In this document: positions 9,023-18,758 of the stretch, piece after piece | Layout: every line of letters starts with the position of its first letter | Position numbering within the stretch: position 1 is the first letter of the stretch | Source: an uncultured Rikenellaceae bacterium | GTDB taxonomy: Bacteria > Bacteroidota > Bacteroidia > Bacteroidales > VadinHA17 | Assembly (NCBI GenBank): GCA_964410385.1 | Contig: CAYPHL010000002.1 | Location: 16,720-80,719, forward strand | Length of the DNA stretch: 64,000 bases | Reading direction: 5' to 3' | The notes under the pieces: model-generated | Databases searched by the model: none | What the model was told of the DNA's origin: nothing | The model's input: only the letters and a program-made list of their open reading frames with translations | Program-made: the position numbers and the translations under genes

Positions 9023-12000
9023 ACATGTTCTCTTCTATCCACCTGCGGGCATTTACAAATGCCTTTAACCAGGGAGTGACTTCATCTTTTTTCCTGTCTG
9101 CCGGATACCAGCCGCATTGCCATGGCAGGAAAGCCCTTTCAGGATGTGGCATCATTATAAGATGCCTGCCGTCATCAGAACAAAGCGCAGCCGCATCATA
9201 GTCAGAACCGTTCGGATTGGCCGGATAAGTATTATGGGAATATTTAACAGGAATGTTATATTTTTCCTCATTGTACGGCAACCTGAACTGCCCTTCACCG
9301 TGTGCAACCCAGACCCCGAGCTCCATGCCCGACAGATTGCCGAACATTACTGACTTGTTTTCCTGTATCCTTACATTGAGAAATATTGATTCAAACTTCC
9401 CCGATTTATTATGCAGGAGTTTTGGCATCTCTTCATGATCCGGACAGATCAGCCCCAGTTCAGCCATAAGCTGACAGCCATTACAAACTCCAAGTGAAAG
9501 AGTGTCTCTTCTTCTGTAGAAATTCTCAAGTGCTTTTCCAGCAGATCCGTTATATCTGAATGCTCCAGCCCATCCTTTGGCTGAACCGAGGACATCGGAA
9601 TTTGAAAAGCCTCCCACAAAAACTATCATACTGATGTCCTCAAGCGTCTCCCTGCCCGACATCAGATCTGTCATATGGACATCTTTCACATCGAATCCGG
9701 CAAGGTATAGCACATAAGCCATCTCACGGTCTCCGTTAACTCCCTTTTCCCTGATTATCGCAGCCTTTATACCACTCTTTTTCCTCCGTGAGGGTGAAAC
9801 ACCGAGTGACCTGAATGTCCAGTCATGTTTAAGGTTGAGGTTGAGGTTGAGGGGATGATTCTTATAGTTCAGGAATCGTTCGAGGGCAAGATCGGGCACG
9901 GTCTGCCGCCTGTCGAGAAAATAGGATGTTTTATACCAGATATCACGCAGGACATCAATATCATATGTTTCAGAAAAAGCGCCATGGGTGACTGTCAGGG
10001 TTCTTTCATTAACAGGATGACCTATTGCATAGTATGATATTCCATTTTCAAGAAGGCGTTCCGAGACATCATTCACATCCTTTACCTGTATTATAATTCC
10101 CGGATTCTGGCTGAAAAGTATCTTAACTGTATCAGCTTCATCAATTGCAGAAATATCAACAGATAATCCTCCGCTTGTGTTTGAGAAACACATTTCAAGG
10201 AGGGTTGTTACCATGCCTCCGGCAGAAATATCATGACCCGCCATTACCTTGTCTCCACGGATCAGTTCCTGTATACAATCAAATACTTCGGCGAAGTATA
10301 CCGGGTCCTTTACCGTAGGGACTTCATCACCGACACTGTTTAAAACCTGGGCAAAGCTGCTGCCTCCCGGCCTGAAAGAATCCCTGCTCATATCAATGTA
10401 CAGGATGCTTGAATACGGATCATTTACAATTACCGGTTCGATAATTCTTTTTATGTCATTTACTTCCCCTGAAGCGGAAATTATGACAGTACCCGGTGAA
10501 TAGACAACCATATCACTGTATTTCTGTGTCATCGAAAGGCTGTCTTTACCGGTTGGTATATTTATACCCAGTGCTATTGCAAAATCGCTGGCAGCTTTTA
10601 CTGCTGAATATAGCCTTGCATCCTCACCCTTGTTTTTACATGGCCACATCCAGTTTGCAGAAAGGGAAACACTTTTCAGGCTGTCGGTGAGAGGGGCCCA
10701 GATAATGTTTGTTAAAGCTTCGGCAATTGACAGGACCGATCCTGCTGCCGGATCCGCCAGAGCTGCTGCCGGGGCATGGCCTATGGATGTTGCCATTCCG
10801 TATCTGCCCTTATAATCAAGTGCAATAATCCCCGTATTATTAAGAGGAAGCTGAAGCGGTCCGGCACATTGTTGTTTCGCTATCCTTCCGGTTACCGACC
10901 TGTCCACCTTATTTGTAAGCCAGTCTTTGCAGGCAACCTCTTCAATGCTCAGAACCCTTTCAATGTACTCATTAATAAGATCCTGCCTGTATTCTACATT
11001 CCTGAATGATGAAGGTATTGTTACATCATTCATTACTGTTTTTGGAGGATCACCGAAAAGTGATTCAAGCTTTATATCAACGGGTTTTTCTCCGGTAACA
11101 GGGTTTAAAAGTGTAAACTGATGGTCGCCGGTTATTTCCCCAATCACGTAAAATGGCGCTCTTTCCCTCTCAGCGATCTTTCTGAGGATTTCAGCCGATG
11201 GTTTTTTCAATACGAGCCCCATCCGTTCCTGCGATTCATTACCTATTATTTCTTTTGCCGACAATGTCGGATCACCTACAGGTAATTTACTGATATCTAT
11301 TCTTCCTCCTGTCGCTTCAACAAGCTCCGACAGGCAGTTAAGATGTCCGCCGGCGCCATGATCATGTATCGAGATCACAGGATTCTTATCCATTTCTCCC
11401 AGGGCCCGTATCGCATTATAAACCCTCTTCTGCATCTCGGGATTGGCCCGCTGAACCGCATTCAGTTCAATGGAGCTATCGTACCTGCCAGTTTCCACTG
11501 ATGATACAGCCCCTCCGCCCATTCCTATCCGGTAATTGTCTCCGCCAAGCAGTATTATCAGATCCCCTTTTTGCGGACTGTTTTTTTCACTGTCAGCCAG
11601 CTTTCCTGTTCCTATCCCTCCGGCAAGCATTATGACCTTGTCATAACCATACAGTTTATTGTTCTCTGTATGTTCGAAGGTAAATAATGATCCGCAGATC
11701 AGAGGTTGTCCGAATTTATTGCCGAAGTCGCTGGCCCCGTTCGATGCCTTTATTAGGATATCTTCAGGTGTCTGGTAAAGCCATGGCCGTTCTTTTATGG
11801 CTTTTTCCCATGGCCGGCCACCTTCAGGACGAGGATATGAGGTCATATATACAGCAGTACCGGCAACAGGAAATGCTCCTTTTCCCCCGGCTATCCGATC
11901 CCGTATCTCCCCGCCTGTGCCTGTGGATGCTCCGTTGAATGGTTCCACGGTGGTAGGGAAATTATGCGTCTCGGCTTTCAGTGACAGAACAGCCCTGAAG

Positions 12001-12707
12001 TCTTTTATCCTGAAAAAGTCCGGTTTATCCTGAGTGACAGGTGCAAACTGTTCAATAACTGGTCCTTCAATAAACGCACAGTTGTCCTTATATGCCGAGA
12101 CAACCTTGTTGGGATTGGTCTTTGTTGTGAGCTTTATTAACTGAAACAGCGAACCATCCATTTCCTTACCGTCTATTATGAATGTCCCGTTGAATATCTT
12201 GTGACGGCAATGTTCGGAGTTGACCTGTGAAAATCCGAATACTTCACTGTCCGTAAGTTTCCTTCCAAGATCTGTACTTAATCTTTCAAGGTAATCAATC
12301 TCTTCTTCACTAAGGGCCAGTCCTTCAGTCTTATTGTATTCACGGATATTTTCAACAGCTAGTACCGGATCGGGCTTTCTTTCAATGGTGAACAGATCCT
12401 GACCGAGACTGTTGTAGATAGCCTGAAGCATAGGGTCCCAGACCGGGTTACCTGATAAGGGTACGAACTCTTCAATCCTTGAAATTCCTTCAATGCCCAT
12501 GTTCTGGGTTATCTCAACTGCATTTGTGCTCCAGGGAGTTATCATCTCCTTCCGGGGTCCTCTGAAACTGCCTGTCAGCCGGCTCTCACCAAGCAGCCTG
12601 GCATTTCCGAACAGCCACTCAAGCTTTGATATCTGATAATTATCAAGTTCGGCTGATATCCCTGCCGCAATAATTGCTTTGTTATGATTTTCAAAGAATA
12701 AGATCAT
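9021..12707 (-). CDS. purL: phosphoribosylformylglycinamidine synthase, single-chain large type
   Basis: 1228 aa. It has duplicated AIR-synthase-like domains and a C-terminal glutaminase with the nucleophile motif GVCNGCQ and HGEG. Confidence 0.95.
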   Translation of the reverse strand: MILFFENHNKAIIAAGISAELDNYQISKLEWLFGNARLLGESRLTGSFRGPRKEMITPWSTNAVEITQNMGIEGISRIEEFVPLSGNPVWDPMLQAIYNSLGQDLFTIERKPDPVLAVENIREYNKTEGLALSEEEIDYLERLSTDLGRKLTDSEVFGFSQVNSEHCRHKIFNGTFIIDGKEMDGSLFQLIKLTTKTNPNKVVSAYKDNCAFIEGPVIEQFAPVTQDKPDFFRIKDFRAVLSLKAETHNFPTTVEPFNGASTGTGGEIRDRIAGGKGAFPVAGTAVYMTSYPRPEGGRPWEKAIKERPWLYQTPEDILIKASNGASDFGNKFGQPLICGSLFTFEHTENNKLYGYDKVIMLAGGIGTGKLADSEKNSPQKGDLIILLGGDNYRIGMGGGAVSSVETGRYDSSIELNAVQRANPEMQKRVYNAIRALGEMDKNPVISIHDHGAGGHLNCLSELVEATGGRIDISKLPVGDPTLSAKEIIGNESQERMGLVLKKPSAEILRKIAERERAPFYVIGEITGDHQFTLLNPVTGEKPVDIKLESLFGDPPKTVMNDVTIPSSFRNVEYRQDLINEYIERVLSIEEVACKDWLTNKVDRSVTGRIAKQQCAGPLQLPLNNTGIIALDYKGRYGMATSIGHAPAAALADPAAGSVLSIAEALTNIIWAPLTDSLKSVSLSANWMWPCKNKGEDARLYSAVKAASDFAIALGINIPTGKDSLSMTQKYSDMVVYSPGTVIISASGEVNDIKRIIEPVIVNDPYSSILYIDMSRDSFRPGGSSFAQVLNSVGDEVPTVKDPVYFAEVFDCIQELIRGDKVMAGHDISAGGMVTTLLEMCFSNTSGGLSVDISAIDEADTVKILFSQNPGIIIQVKDVNDVSERLLENGISYYAIGHPVNERTLTVTHGAFSETYDIDVLRDIWYKTSYFLDRRQTVPDLALERFLNYKNHPLNLNLNLKHDWTFRSLGVSPSRRKKSGIKAAIIREKGVNGDREMAYVLYLAGFDVKDVHMTDLMSGRETLEDISMIVFVGGFSNSDVLGSAKGWAGAFRYNGSAGKALENFYRRRDTLSLGVCNGCQLMAELGLICPDHEEMPKLLHNKSGKFESIFLNVRIQENKSVMFGNLSGMELGVWVAHGEGQFRLPYNEEKYNIPVKYSHNTYPANPNGSDYDAAALCSDDGRHLIMMPHPERAFLPWQCGWYPADRKKDEVTPWLKAFVNARRWIEENM

Positions 12708-12752
12708 GCTTCCGTGAGGTTGACAGAAATAGTTAGAATGTATTTATAAAAT

Positions 12753-12792
12753 ACGTATTATAATACGTATTAAAAAACGTATTATAATACGT
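12753..12792. promoter_or_regulatory. two copies of the perfect 16-bp palindrome ACGTATTATAATACGT, candidate tandem operator upstream of purL
   Basis: Copies at 12753-12768 and 12777-12792 (24 bp start to start), 46-85 nt upstream of the purL start (12707, minus strand). Confidence 0.5.
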
Positions 12793-12826
12793 AGATTTGA
12801 GAATATCTTGATACGACCGGTAGGAT

Positions 12827-15493
12827 TTACCTTGCATATTCGGTTTCATCTTCATCTTCTTCATCAGAGCCAACGGCTCCCGCATATTTTGCAGGATAGG
12901 GGGCATTACCTCTGGCTGAATACCAGAGTATCCTGTTAAGGAGGTCATCATGGCCTGAATCTACTCTGTCAAAAACAGGGAGCATGCTTTTTCTGGCAAA
13001 GTGCAGTTCGCGGCCGGAAAGTGAGGACAATGGCTTGTTCATTTCATCCAATGGAATGTTATTGGGAACTGAAATGTAAGGAGTAAGATCTGCCCTGCCT
13101 GTAAAACAATCATTCATAGGATTGGCAATTGCATCCTGGACGTTCATTGGCGGAATTCCAAGTATCTGCTCGATTGTTCTGACCATCGAAGGCTGTGTGT
13201 AAAACGTACTGATAGTTTTTTTCAACCTTGAATAAGGGCTTATTACAAGTGCGGCAGTGCGATAGGCGGAAACGTGGTCCCAGCCACCCTGTGAATCATC
13301 CTCAACAACCAGGATGACAGTATTATTCCAGAATCTGCTTTTTGATACAGCTTCGACAATTCTTCCTAGCGCCAGATCATTATCGGCAACAAAGGCACGA
13401 GGAGTGGGGTAGCCTGGCCTCGTTCCGGCAGTGTGATCATTAGGAAGAGCCATTATCATAAGTTCAGGCAGCTGATCACCTTCCATAGCCTCAAATTTTC
13501 TGAGCTCTTTTATGAACACGTCGGCCCTCATCTGATCGCTGAATACATGAGGTCCGTAAGAAGGGAAGTCCGGACTGAGAATAGCCCTTACAGGTTCAAT
13601 TGTTGTCCGGTTTTCAAATTCGACCCTTTCGCCATTCATATATTTCCTGTAAACATCGGTCCAGGTCACATTATCCTGATTAAACCAGGGAGATGCAGCT
13701 TCGCCATATATCCTTACGGATTTTCCGTGCTTCAATCCGTTATCCCAGATAAATCCTGTCGGTGCATAAACAAGAGCATCTTCCTGGACATGCGGATAGC
13801 TTCTGAACCATGCATACATGTTCTTCTCTATATAATCAGTAACTATCGATGCGTCAGTCCATTGATGGCCTTCTGCAGAACATTTTCCCGATGCATGGAA
13901 ATTGTCAAGAAGAAGGAATTCCCTGCAAAGTTTATGAGTATTCGGGGTAACCTCTTCTCCGTATGTACAAAGCGACGGATCCCCTTTCCCTTCTTTCATA
14001 TCGCCCAGGAGCTGATCATAAGTCCTGTTTTCTTTAATAATATACAATACATGTTTGAACAGCGAGGGCTCACCTATCCTGTCAGGTACGGGCTTCGGTG
14101 TCTGACCTGACCTGGGAGCTTCCCTTGCCAGGACTGCTCTTGAAAGGTCGTTTACAGCAATAACTGTATCTGTATAAGCTTTGAGATCGTGTTTCACGGG
14201 GACAGGAAATACCGATACCGAAGCCATCATGTGGTGGGAATTATAAATTATATTATCCCCGTCGGGATTTTTAAGGCCTATGTGTATGCCGTTTCCCTCG
14301 ATATTTCCTACATATATCATCCCGGATGAAGTGATACAAATAGCTGACGGATAAGCTCCTGTAGGAATGAATCCGGTAACGGTGCTCGCTTTTAACCTGC
14401 TTTTCCTGGCTGCTTTCTTACCAAGAGAAACTACTGCAAGGGCATTGTCCATTCCATTTGCAACATATAGTGTATGCTGATCATGAGACAGGCATAATCC
14501 GTTTGGAGAATCTCCGAACCAGGGATTGATCTCAGGCTGAAGCCTGACACTTATAGTTTCTGTAACCCTGTCTATAGGGGTACTGATTACCGAAACATTA
14601 TCGCTGTTTGAATTGGTTACATAAATATATCTTCCTTTCGCGTCACTGATTATCTCATTCGGGTGTAATCCTGTTATGATATCTTTTATTACAAGACCGG
14701 TGGCAGGATCGATCACTGCTACACTTCCTTCCCTGGTAGCCCCGCCGGCATTATTATCCACCCTGGCCGCACCCCACGGGACCCCGGCAATATCCTTATC
14801 ATTTTCCTCAGGATACCTTCCTGCCCAGTTTGTTACATATATCTTTCCGGCTGCTTTCACAATACCGTAGGGAGCGACTCCGGGATAAGAAGTCCAGATC
14901 GTATCGCCTGTTACAAGATCCTGCTTAATTACTTTATTATTTCCGTTGAGTACTACATAAATAAACTTTTTGCCCGATTCTTTTGTTATAAGAACTTCAT
15001 TTGCAAGAGCGTAATCTGCTCCCTGATCAGGCATATAAGTGAAGATCCTTTCAAATCCGGCGATCACCCCGTTCCAGAAGGCTGATACGACAAATGATCT
15101 GTTATTGCTTCCGGTGGCGCTCCACCAGACTCTGGGACTGCCTTCGTCGATATCCCATAAGATTCCCGAGTAGGTATTACGTCCACCCCTCAGATCAGGA
15201 CTGAGGTCATTATAAAGAGTGTATTTTATCTTGTTATCTGCAGTACTTATGAAAACGATGCTGAATCTTTCCTCAACCGCAAGCCATTTTCCGTCTGGCG
15301 AGAGTGACATATCCATCACATGATTTTCGCGGGCTTCATTGCCAAAGACAATCTGCAGACCGGCGGGATTGACAAGCCTGTTATAAGGAAGCTGAAACTG
15401 CCGGGAATTTGTGGTTGTTCCTGGAACGACTGCGACCTGTGAATGTATTTCTGTGAAGATCAGCAAAAGGGAAAATACATATTTATATTTCAT
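12827..15493 (-). CDS. secreted beta-propeller (YVTN-like repeats) fused to a phosphoesterase (PLC/AcpA-type) domain
   Basis: Signal peptide. Repeated IYVTN/LYVANG propeller motifs in the N-terminal half. Phosphoesterase-family signature YIIKENRTYDQLLGD and a C-terminal metal-site region (PNDHTAG, EDDSQGGWDHV). Confidence 0.8.
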   Translation of the reverse strand: MKYKYVFSLLLIFTEIHSQVAVVPGTTTNSRQFQLPYNRLVNPAGLQIVFGNEARENHVMDMSLSPDGKWLAVEERFSIVFISTADNKIKYTLYNDLSPDLRGGRNTYSGILWDIDEGSPRVWWSATGSNNRSFVVSAFWNGVIAGFERIFTYMPDQGADYALANEVLITKESGKKFIYVVLNGNNKVIKQDLVTGDTIWTSYPGVAPYGIVKAAGKIYVTNWAGRYPEENDKDIAGVPWGAARVDNNAGGATREGSVAVIDPATGLVIKDIITGLHPNEIISDAKGRYIYVTNSNSDNVSVISTPIDRVTETISVRLQPEINPWFGDSPNGLCLSHDQHTLYVANGMDNALAVVSLGKKAARKSRLKASTVTGFIPTGAYPSAICITSSGMIYVGNIEGNGIHIGLKNPDGDNIIYNSHHMMASVSVFPVPVKHDLKAYTDTVIAVNDLSRAVLAREAPRSGQTPKPVPDRIGEPSLFKHVLYIIKENRTYDQLLGDMKEGKGDPSLCTYGEEVTPNTHKLCREFLLLDNFHASGKCSAEGHQWTDASIVTDYIEKNMYAWFRSYPHVQEDALVYAPTGFIWDNGLKHGKSVRIYGEAASPWFNQDNVTWTDVYRKYMNGERVEFENRTTIEPVRAILSPDFPSYGPHVFSDQMRADVFIKELRKFEAMEGDQLPELMIMALPNDHTAGTRPGYPTPRAFVADNDLALGRIVEAVSKSRFWNNTVILVVEDDSQGGWDHVSAYRTAALVISPYSRLKKTISTFYTQPSMVRTIEQILGIPPMNVQDAIANPMNDCFTGRADLTPYISVPNNIPLDEMNKPLSSLSGRELHFARKSMLPVFDRVDSGHDDLLNRILWYSARGNAPYPAKYAGAVGSDEEDEDETEYAR

Positions 15494-15560
15494 AGCGTTC
15501 AGTTTAAGGATTTAAACAGTATGATGCTTTCAATTTCCAGCAGGATTATCAGCTTTAAAG

Positions 15561-15595
15561 ATAAAAAAAAGAGACTGAATTTCCGGTTCAGTCTC
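15561..15595 (-). terminator. rho-independent terminator of the DUF3127 gene
   Basis: On the minus strand: GAGACTGAA-ccggaaa-TTCAGTCTC followed by T8. Confidence 0.8.
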
Positions 15596-15604
15596 ATATT
15601 CTTT

Positions 15605-15985
15605 TCAGAACGGCAGATCGCTCAGGTCGTCAATATCCGGCGGAAGGTCCTCAAGTTTAGGCTGCGGAGGAGCACCCTGGTTTCTTTCCGGGGATGACGC
15701 CCGCTCAATCTTCCAGGCATCCAGATTTGTAAAATAGTTTACTTTACCATCGCGTTCCCACCTGTTGCCTTTTATATTGAAGGTGACCTTAACTTCATCA
15801 TTAAGGAACGACTCATTTATAAGGTCACATTTGTCCTGTACAAGCTGGAATTTTATATAATCAATGAACAGAGCGGCTCCTCCCGACTCTTTCCTCTCGA
15901 TAACAAATTCGCGTTTACGGAATTTATCGCTTACCTGATTAACAGGTAAAATCTCAATGACTTTACCACTTATTTCAAATGCCAT
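15605..15985 (-). CDS. DUF3127-like OB-fold protein with an SSB-like acidic C-terminal tip
   Basis: N-terminus MAFEISGKVIEI...FRKREFVIE...VKVTFNIKGNRWERDGK is typical of the Bacteroidota DUF3127 family. It has a Pro/Gln-rich linker and ends in DIDDLSDLPF. Confidence 0.7.
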   Translation of the reverse strand: MAFEISGKVIEILPVNQVSDKFRKREFVIERKESGGAALFIDYIKFQLVQDKCDLINESFLNDEVKVTFNIKGNRWERDGKVNYFTNLDAWKIERASSPERNQGAPPQPKLEDLPPDIDDLSDLPF

Positions 15986-16014
15986 CCTGGTAAGTATATT
16001 TAATTAATGCTCTC

Positions 16015-16728
16015 TTAATTAAGAATATCAAGAAGTTCAACTTCAAAAATAAGGGTTGAGAATGGTTTGATCATTTCACCCATTCCATTTGCACCATAAG
16101 CTAAATTCTCAGGAAGATAGATCTTGAATTTTGATCCAACAGGCATCAGCTGCAACGCTTCAGTCCAGCCAGGAATTACACCCGATACCATGAACTGGAC
16201 AGGTTCACCCATTTTTACAGAAGACTGAAATTCTGTCCCGTCGATCAGAGTTCCTATATAGTGAACTTTTACCTCATTTTCAGCTGTGGGTTTGGGACCT
16301 GTTCCCATCTTAATGACTTCGTATTGTAATCCGCTGGGAGTAACAATGACTCCCGTCTTTTCTTTGTTTTTAGCAAGGAATGCCTCATTCTCAGCAATAT
16401 AGACTTTGTGTGTCTCCTTGTTAAGTTCTGCCTGTTTTGCCATCATTTCAGTTTCACGTTGGTTTAAAAACATCATTATAAATCCTCTTGCAACCTCGTC
16501 CGTCATTTCCGCTTTGCCTTTTTCTCCATCCGTCATTGCTTTTGCAACAACCATTGGATTGAGCCTGAGACTATCTGTGAGCAGTGCATTGTAATTTACT
16601 ATACCAAATGCATATGAAAGAGAATCTTCTTTTGTTTTAAGCTTTGAACCCTGAATTGCATTTTTGCCACATGATCCAATCATAATGGCAATCAATAAAA
16701 TTGGAACAACTATTCCCCTGATTTTCAT
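16015..16728 (-). CDS. FKBP-type peptidyl-prolyl cis-trans isomerase (FkpA/FklB-like lipoprotein)
   Basis: Signal and lipobox (IGSCG). C-terminal FKBP domain VKVHYIGTLIDGTEFQSS...GVIPGWTEALQLMPVGSKFKIYLPENLAYG. Confidence 0.9.
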   Translation of the reverse strand: MKIRGIVVPILLIAIMIGSCGKNAIQGSKLKTKEDSLSYAFGIVNYNALLTDSLRLNPMVVAKAMTDGEKGKAEMTDEVARGFIMMFLNQRETEMMAKQAELNKETHKVYIAENEAFLAKNKEKTGVIVTPSGLQYEVIKMGTGPKPTAENEVKVHYIGTLIDGTEFQSSVKMGEPVQFMVSGVIPGWTEALQLMPVGSKFKIYLPENLAYGANGMGEMIKPFSTLIFEVELLDILN

Positions 16729-16803
16729 TTTAGATATTTTTTAATTTAAGTTTGCGCAAAGATAATACTTTGAGCCTTGTAAAAAAGGATTGCTTACTTT
16801 TTT

Positions 16804-17460
16804 TCAGATTTTTATTGCCCGTATAATATGCCTCTTTCCGGGAGGTCCTTCAGTCACTTTTACAGAGAATCCGCATGCCTTAAGGTTACGCTTCACTTCA
16901 CCCTTAGAGGAATAGGTCACAAAAATCCCTCCCTTTACAGTTGCTTCCGATATTTTAGCAAGAATTTCCCTCGTCCACATTCCCGGTTGTTTATCCGGAC
17001 CAAATGCATCGAAATATATCAGGTCATAATTTCCGGTTATCTTTTCAGTGAGCATATCCCCTTTGATCTTATGGATGCTGAAATAGGGTGAAATACGACT
17101 CATAACACCCCATCCGGCGCTATGTATCCGTTCGAAGATTTCCTTCCCGTTTTCACCGGCAAAATTGTGGTGGTTAAGTAAACTGATTGTATTTTCATCA
17201 GGAGGATCCTTCTCTATGGCAGTATAAAAAACAGATCTGCGTTGTCCGAAAGCTTTTGCTGAAGTCAGGAGCGCATTCAGACCGGTCCCGAAACCAACTT
17301 CAAAAATGCAAACCGGATCGGTATTACAGAGATCCAGGCCGTTTTTTATGAAAATAAATTCCGATTCCTGTACTGCACCATGTATTGAATGATAGTGCTC
17401 ATTAAGCTCAGGAACAAAGATCGTATGAGATCCGTCAGCGGTTGTTACGATATTATTCAA
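16804..17460 (-). CDS. mnmD: tRNA (mnm5s2U34) methyltransferase, stand-alone MnmC methyltransferase domain
   Basis: TADGSHTIF...EHYHSIHGA N-terminus, SAM-binding FEVGFGTGLN, and DLIYFDAFGPDKQPGMW. Confidence 0.8.
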   Translation of the reverse strand: MNNIVTTADGSHTIFVPELNEHYHSIHGAVQESEFIFIKNGLDLCNTDPVCIFEVGFGTGLNALLTSAKAFGQRRSVFYTAIEKDPPDENTISLLNHHNFAGENGKEIFERIHSAGWGVMSRISPYFSIHKIKGDMLTEKITGNYDLIYFDAFGPDKQPGMWTREILAKISEATVKGGIFVTYSSKGEVKRNLKACGFSVKVTEGPPGKRHIIRAIKI

Positions 17461-17478
17461 GGTTTCTTTTTTATTCGG

Positions 17479-17597
17479 TTTCCGGCTTCCGGCGACCGGC
17501 TAGCGGCTACCAGCTTCCGGCGACCGGCAACCGGCTTCCGCATGCCGTACGCCGGATGCCGCACACCGCACACCGCACCCCGGAAGCCGCACGCCGG
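17479..17597. repeat. degenerate 7-bp tandem array (NNNCCGC/NNCCGGC units)
   Basis: ttccggc ttccggc gaccggc tagcggc ... gaccggc aaccggc ttccgc atgccg tacgccgg atgccgc acaccgc acaccgc accccgg aagccgc acgccgg. Lies between divergent gene starts (17460 minus, 17702 plus). Confidence 0.85.
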
Positions 17598-17701
17598 AAT
17601 ATTAAATAAAATTCCTGCCAACGCAAAATTATTTGAGAGTATTGTATTATTTTTATTACCTGATTTATCGTAAACAATAACAAACATACTAATAAATATT
17701 T

Positions 17702-18610
17702 ATGACCATGAGAAATTTACAATCAAGAAGAGATTTCGTAAAGATGGCAGCAGCCGGTACGGCAGGTGCCTTATTATTATCGAACTATTCCTGCAGTAAA
17801 AAGATCCCGGGAATAGGTCTTCAGCTATATACAATCCGGGATGCGATGACTGCAGATCCTGCGGGATCGCTGAAAAAAGTAGCTGAAATTGGTTATAAAT
17901 ACCTGGAACTTGCCGGTTATGCTGATGGTAAGTTTTACGGTTATGGGCCCGTCGAGTTCAAAAAGCTTGTCAATGATCTTGGTATGGAAATTTTAAGCAG
18001 TCATACCCAGGTTGAAGCACAGGGTATAACTCTTGAAAATGCTCAGAAAATGGCTGAAGACCATGCAAAACTTGGGGTTAAATATTGTATTCAGCCGTGG
18101 GTGGTCGAAGAAGCCCGGACAACCATTGCAAGTTATCAGAAGATGGCTGCCGATTGGAACAAGGTGGGAGAGATTATGAAACAGCATGGGATAAAGTTCG
18201 GCTATCATAATCATAATTTCGAGTTTGACACGGTTGAAGGAAAGATCCCGTATTTTGATGTTTTCATGAAGGAACTGGATAAGGACCTTGTTACTATGGA
18301 GATTGATATCTTCTGGACCACAAAGGCAGGTCAGGATCCCGTTGAGATCATAAAAAAATATCCGGGAAGGTTTGAACTATTCCATATGAAGGATATGTTT
18401 ACCAAAGAGGCTCCCTTCTTCACAACCGTGGGAGTTCAGGATTTTGCTCCCGTAGGTGCAGGTGTAATAGATTTTAAAAGGGTGCTTGCCGTGAAAGAAA
18501 CAGCCGGGATGAAATACATGGTTGTTGAACAGGATCTGAGCAGAGAAAACGCTCCTTTTACAGATATTCAGACAAGCCTGACGAATATTCAGACAAAGAT
18601 ACTGGCTTGA
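17702..18610 (+). CDS. TAT-exported sugar phosphate isomerase/epimerase (xylose-isomerase-like TIM barrel)
   Basis: Twin-arginine signal SRRDFVKMAAAGTAGALLL. AP-endonuclease-2/TIM-barrel-like body (GYHNHNFEF, FHMKD). Confidence 0.75.
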   Translation: MTMRNLQSRRDFVKMAAAGTAGALLLSNYSCSKKIPGIGLQLYTIRDAMTADPAGSLKKVAEIGYKYLELAGYADGKFYGYGPVEFKKLVNDLGMEILSSHTQVEAQGITLENAQKMAEDHAKLGVKYCIQPWVVEEARTTIASYQKMAADWNKVGEIMKQHGIKFGYHNHNFEFDTVEGKIPYFDVFMKELDKDLVTMEIDIFWTTKAGQDPVEIIKKYPGRFELFHMKDMFTKEAPFFTTVGVQDFAPVGAGVIDFKRVLAVKETAGMKYMVVEQDLSRENAPFTDIQTSLTNIQTKILA

Positions 18611-18658
18611 GCTATCTCCCCTCCCGGTTACCAACTTGTCCGGTATCATTAAAAACTT

Positions 18659-18686
18659 AGCACAGGATTTTTACCCTGTGCTTTTT
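18659..18686 (+). terminator. rho-independent terminator
   Basis: AGCACAGG-atttttac-CCTGTGCT followed by a T-run. Confidence 0.7.
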
Positions 18687-18758
18687 GCTCTTAGCCCTCC
18701 GCTCTTAGCCCTGAGCTCTTTGCCCTTAGCTCTCCGCTCTCCGCCCTGCTCTCCGCCC
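18687..18758. repeat. degenerate 7-bp tandem array (GCYCTNN units, about 10)
   Basis: gctctta gccctcc gctctta gccctga gctcttt gccctta gctctcc gctctcc gccctgc tctccgc cc. It abuts the stop codon (18759-18761) of the convergent HAD gene. Confidence 0.85.
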
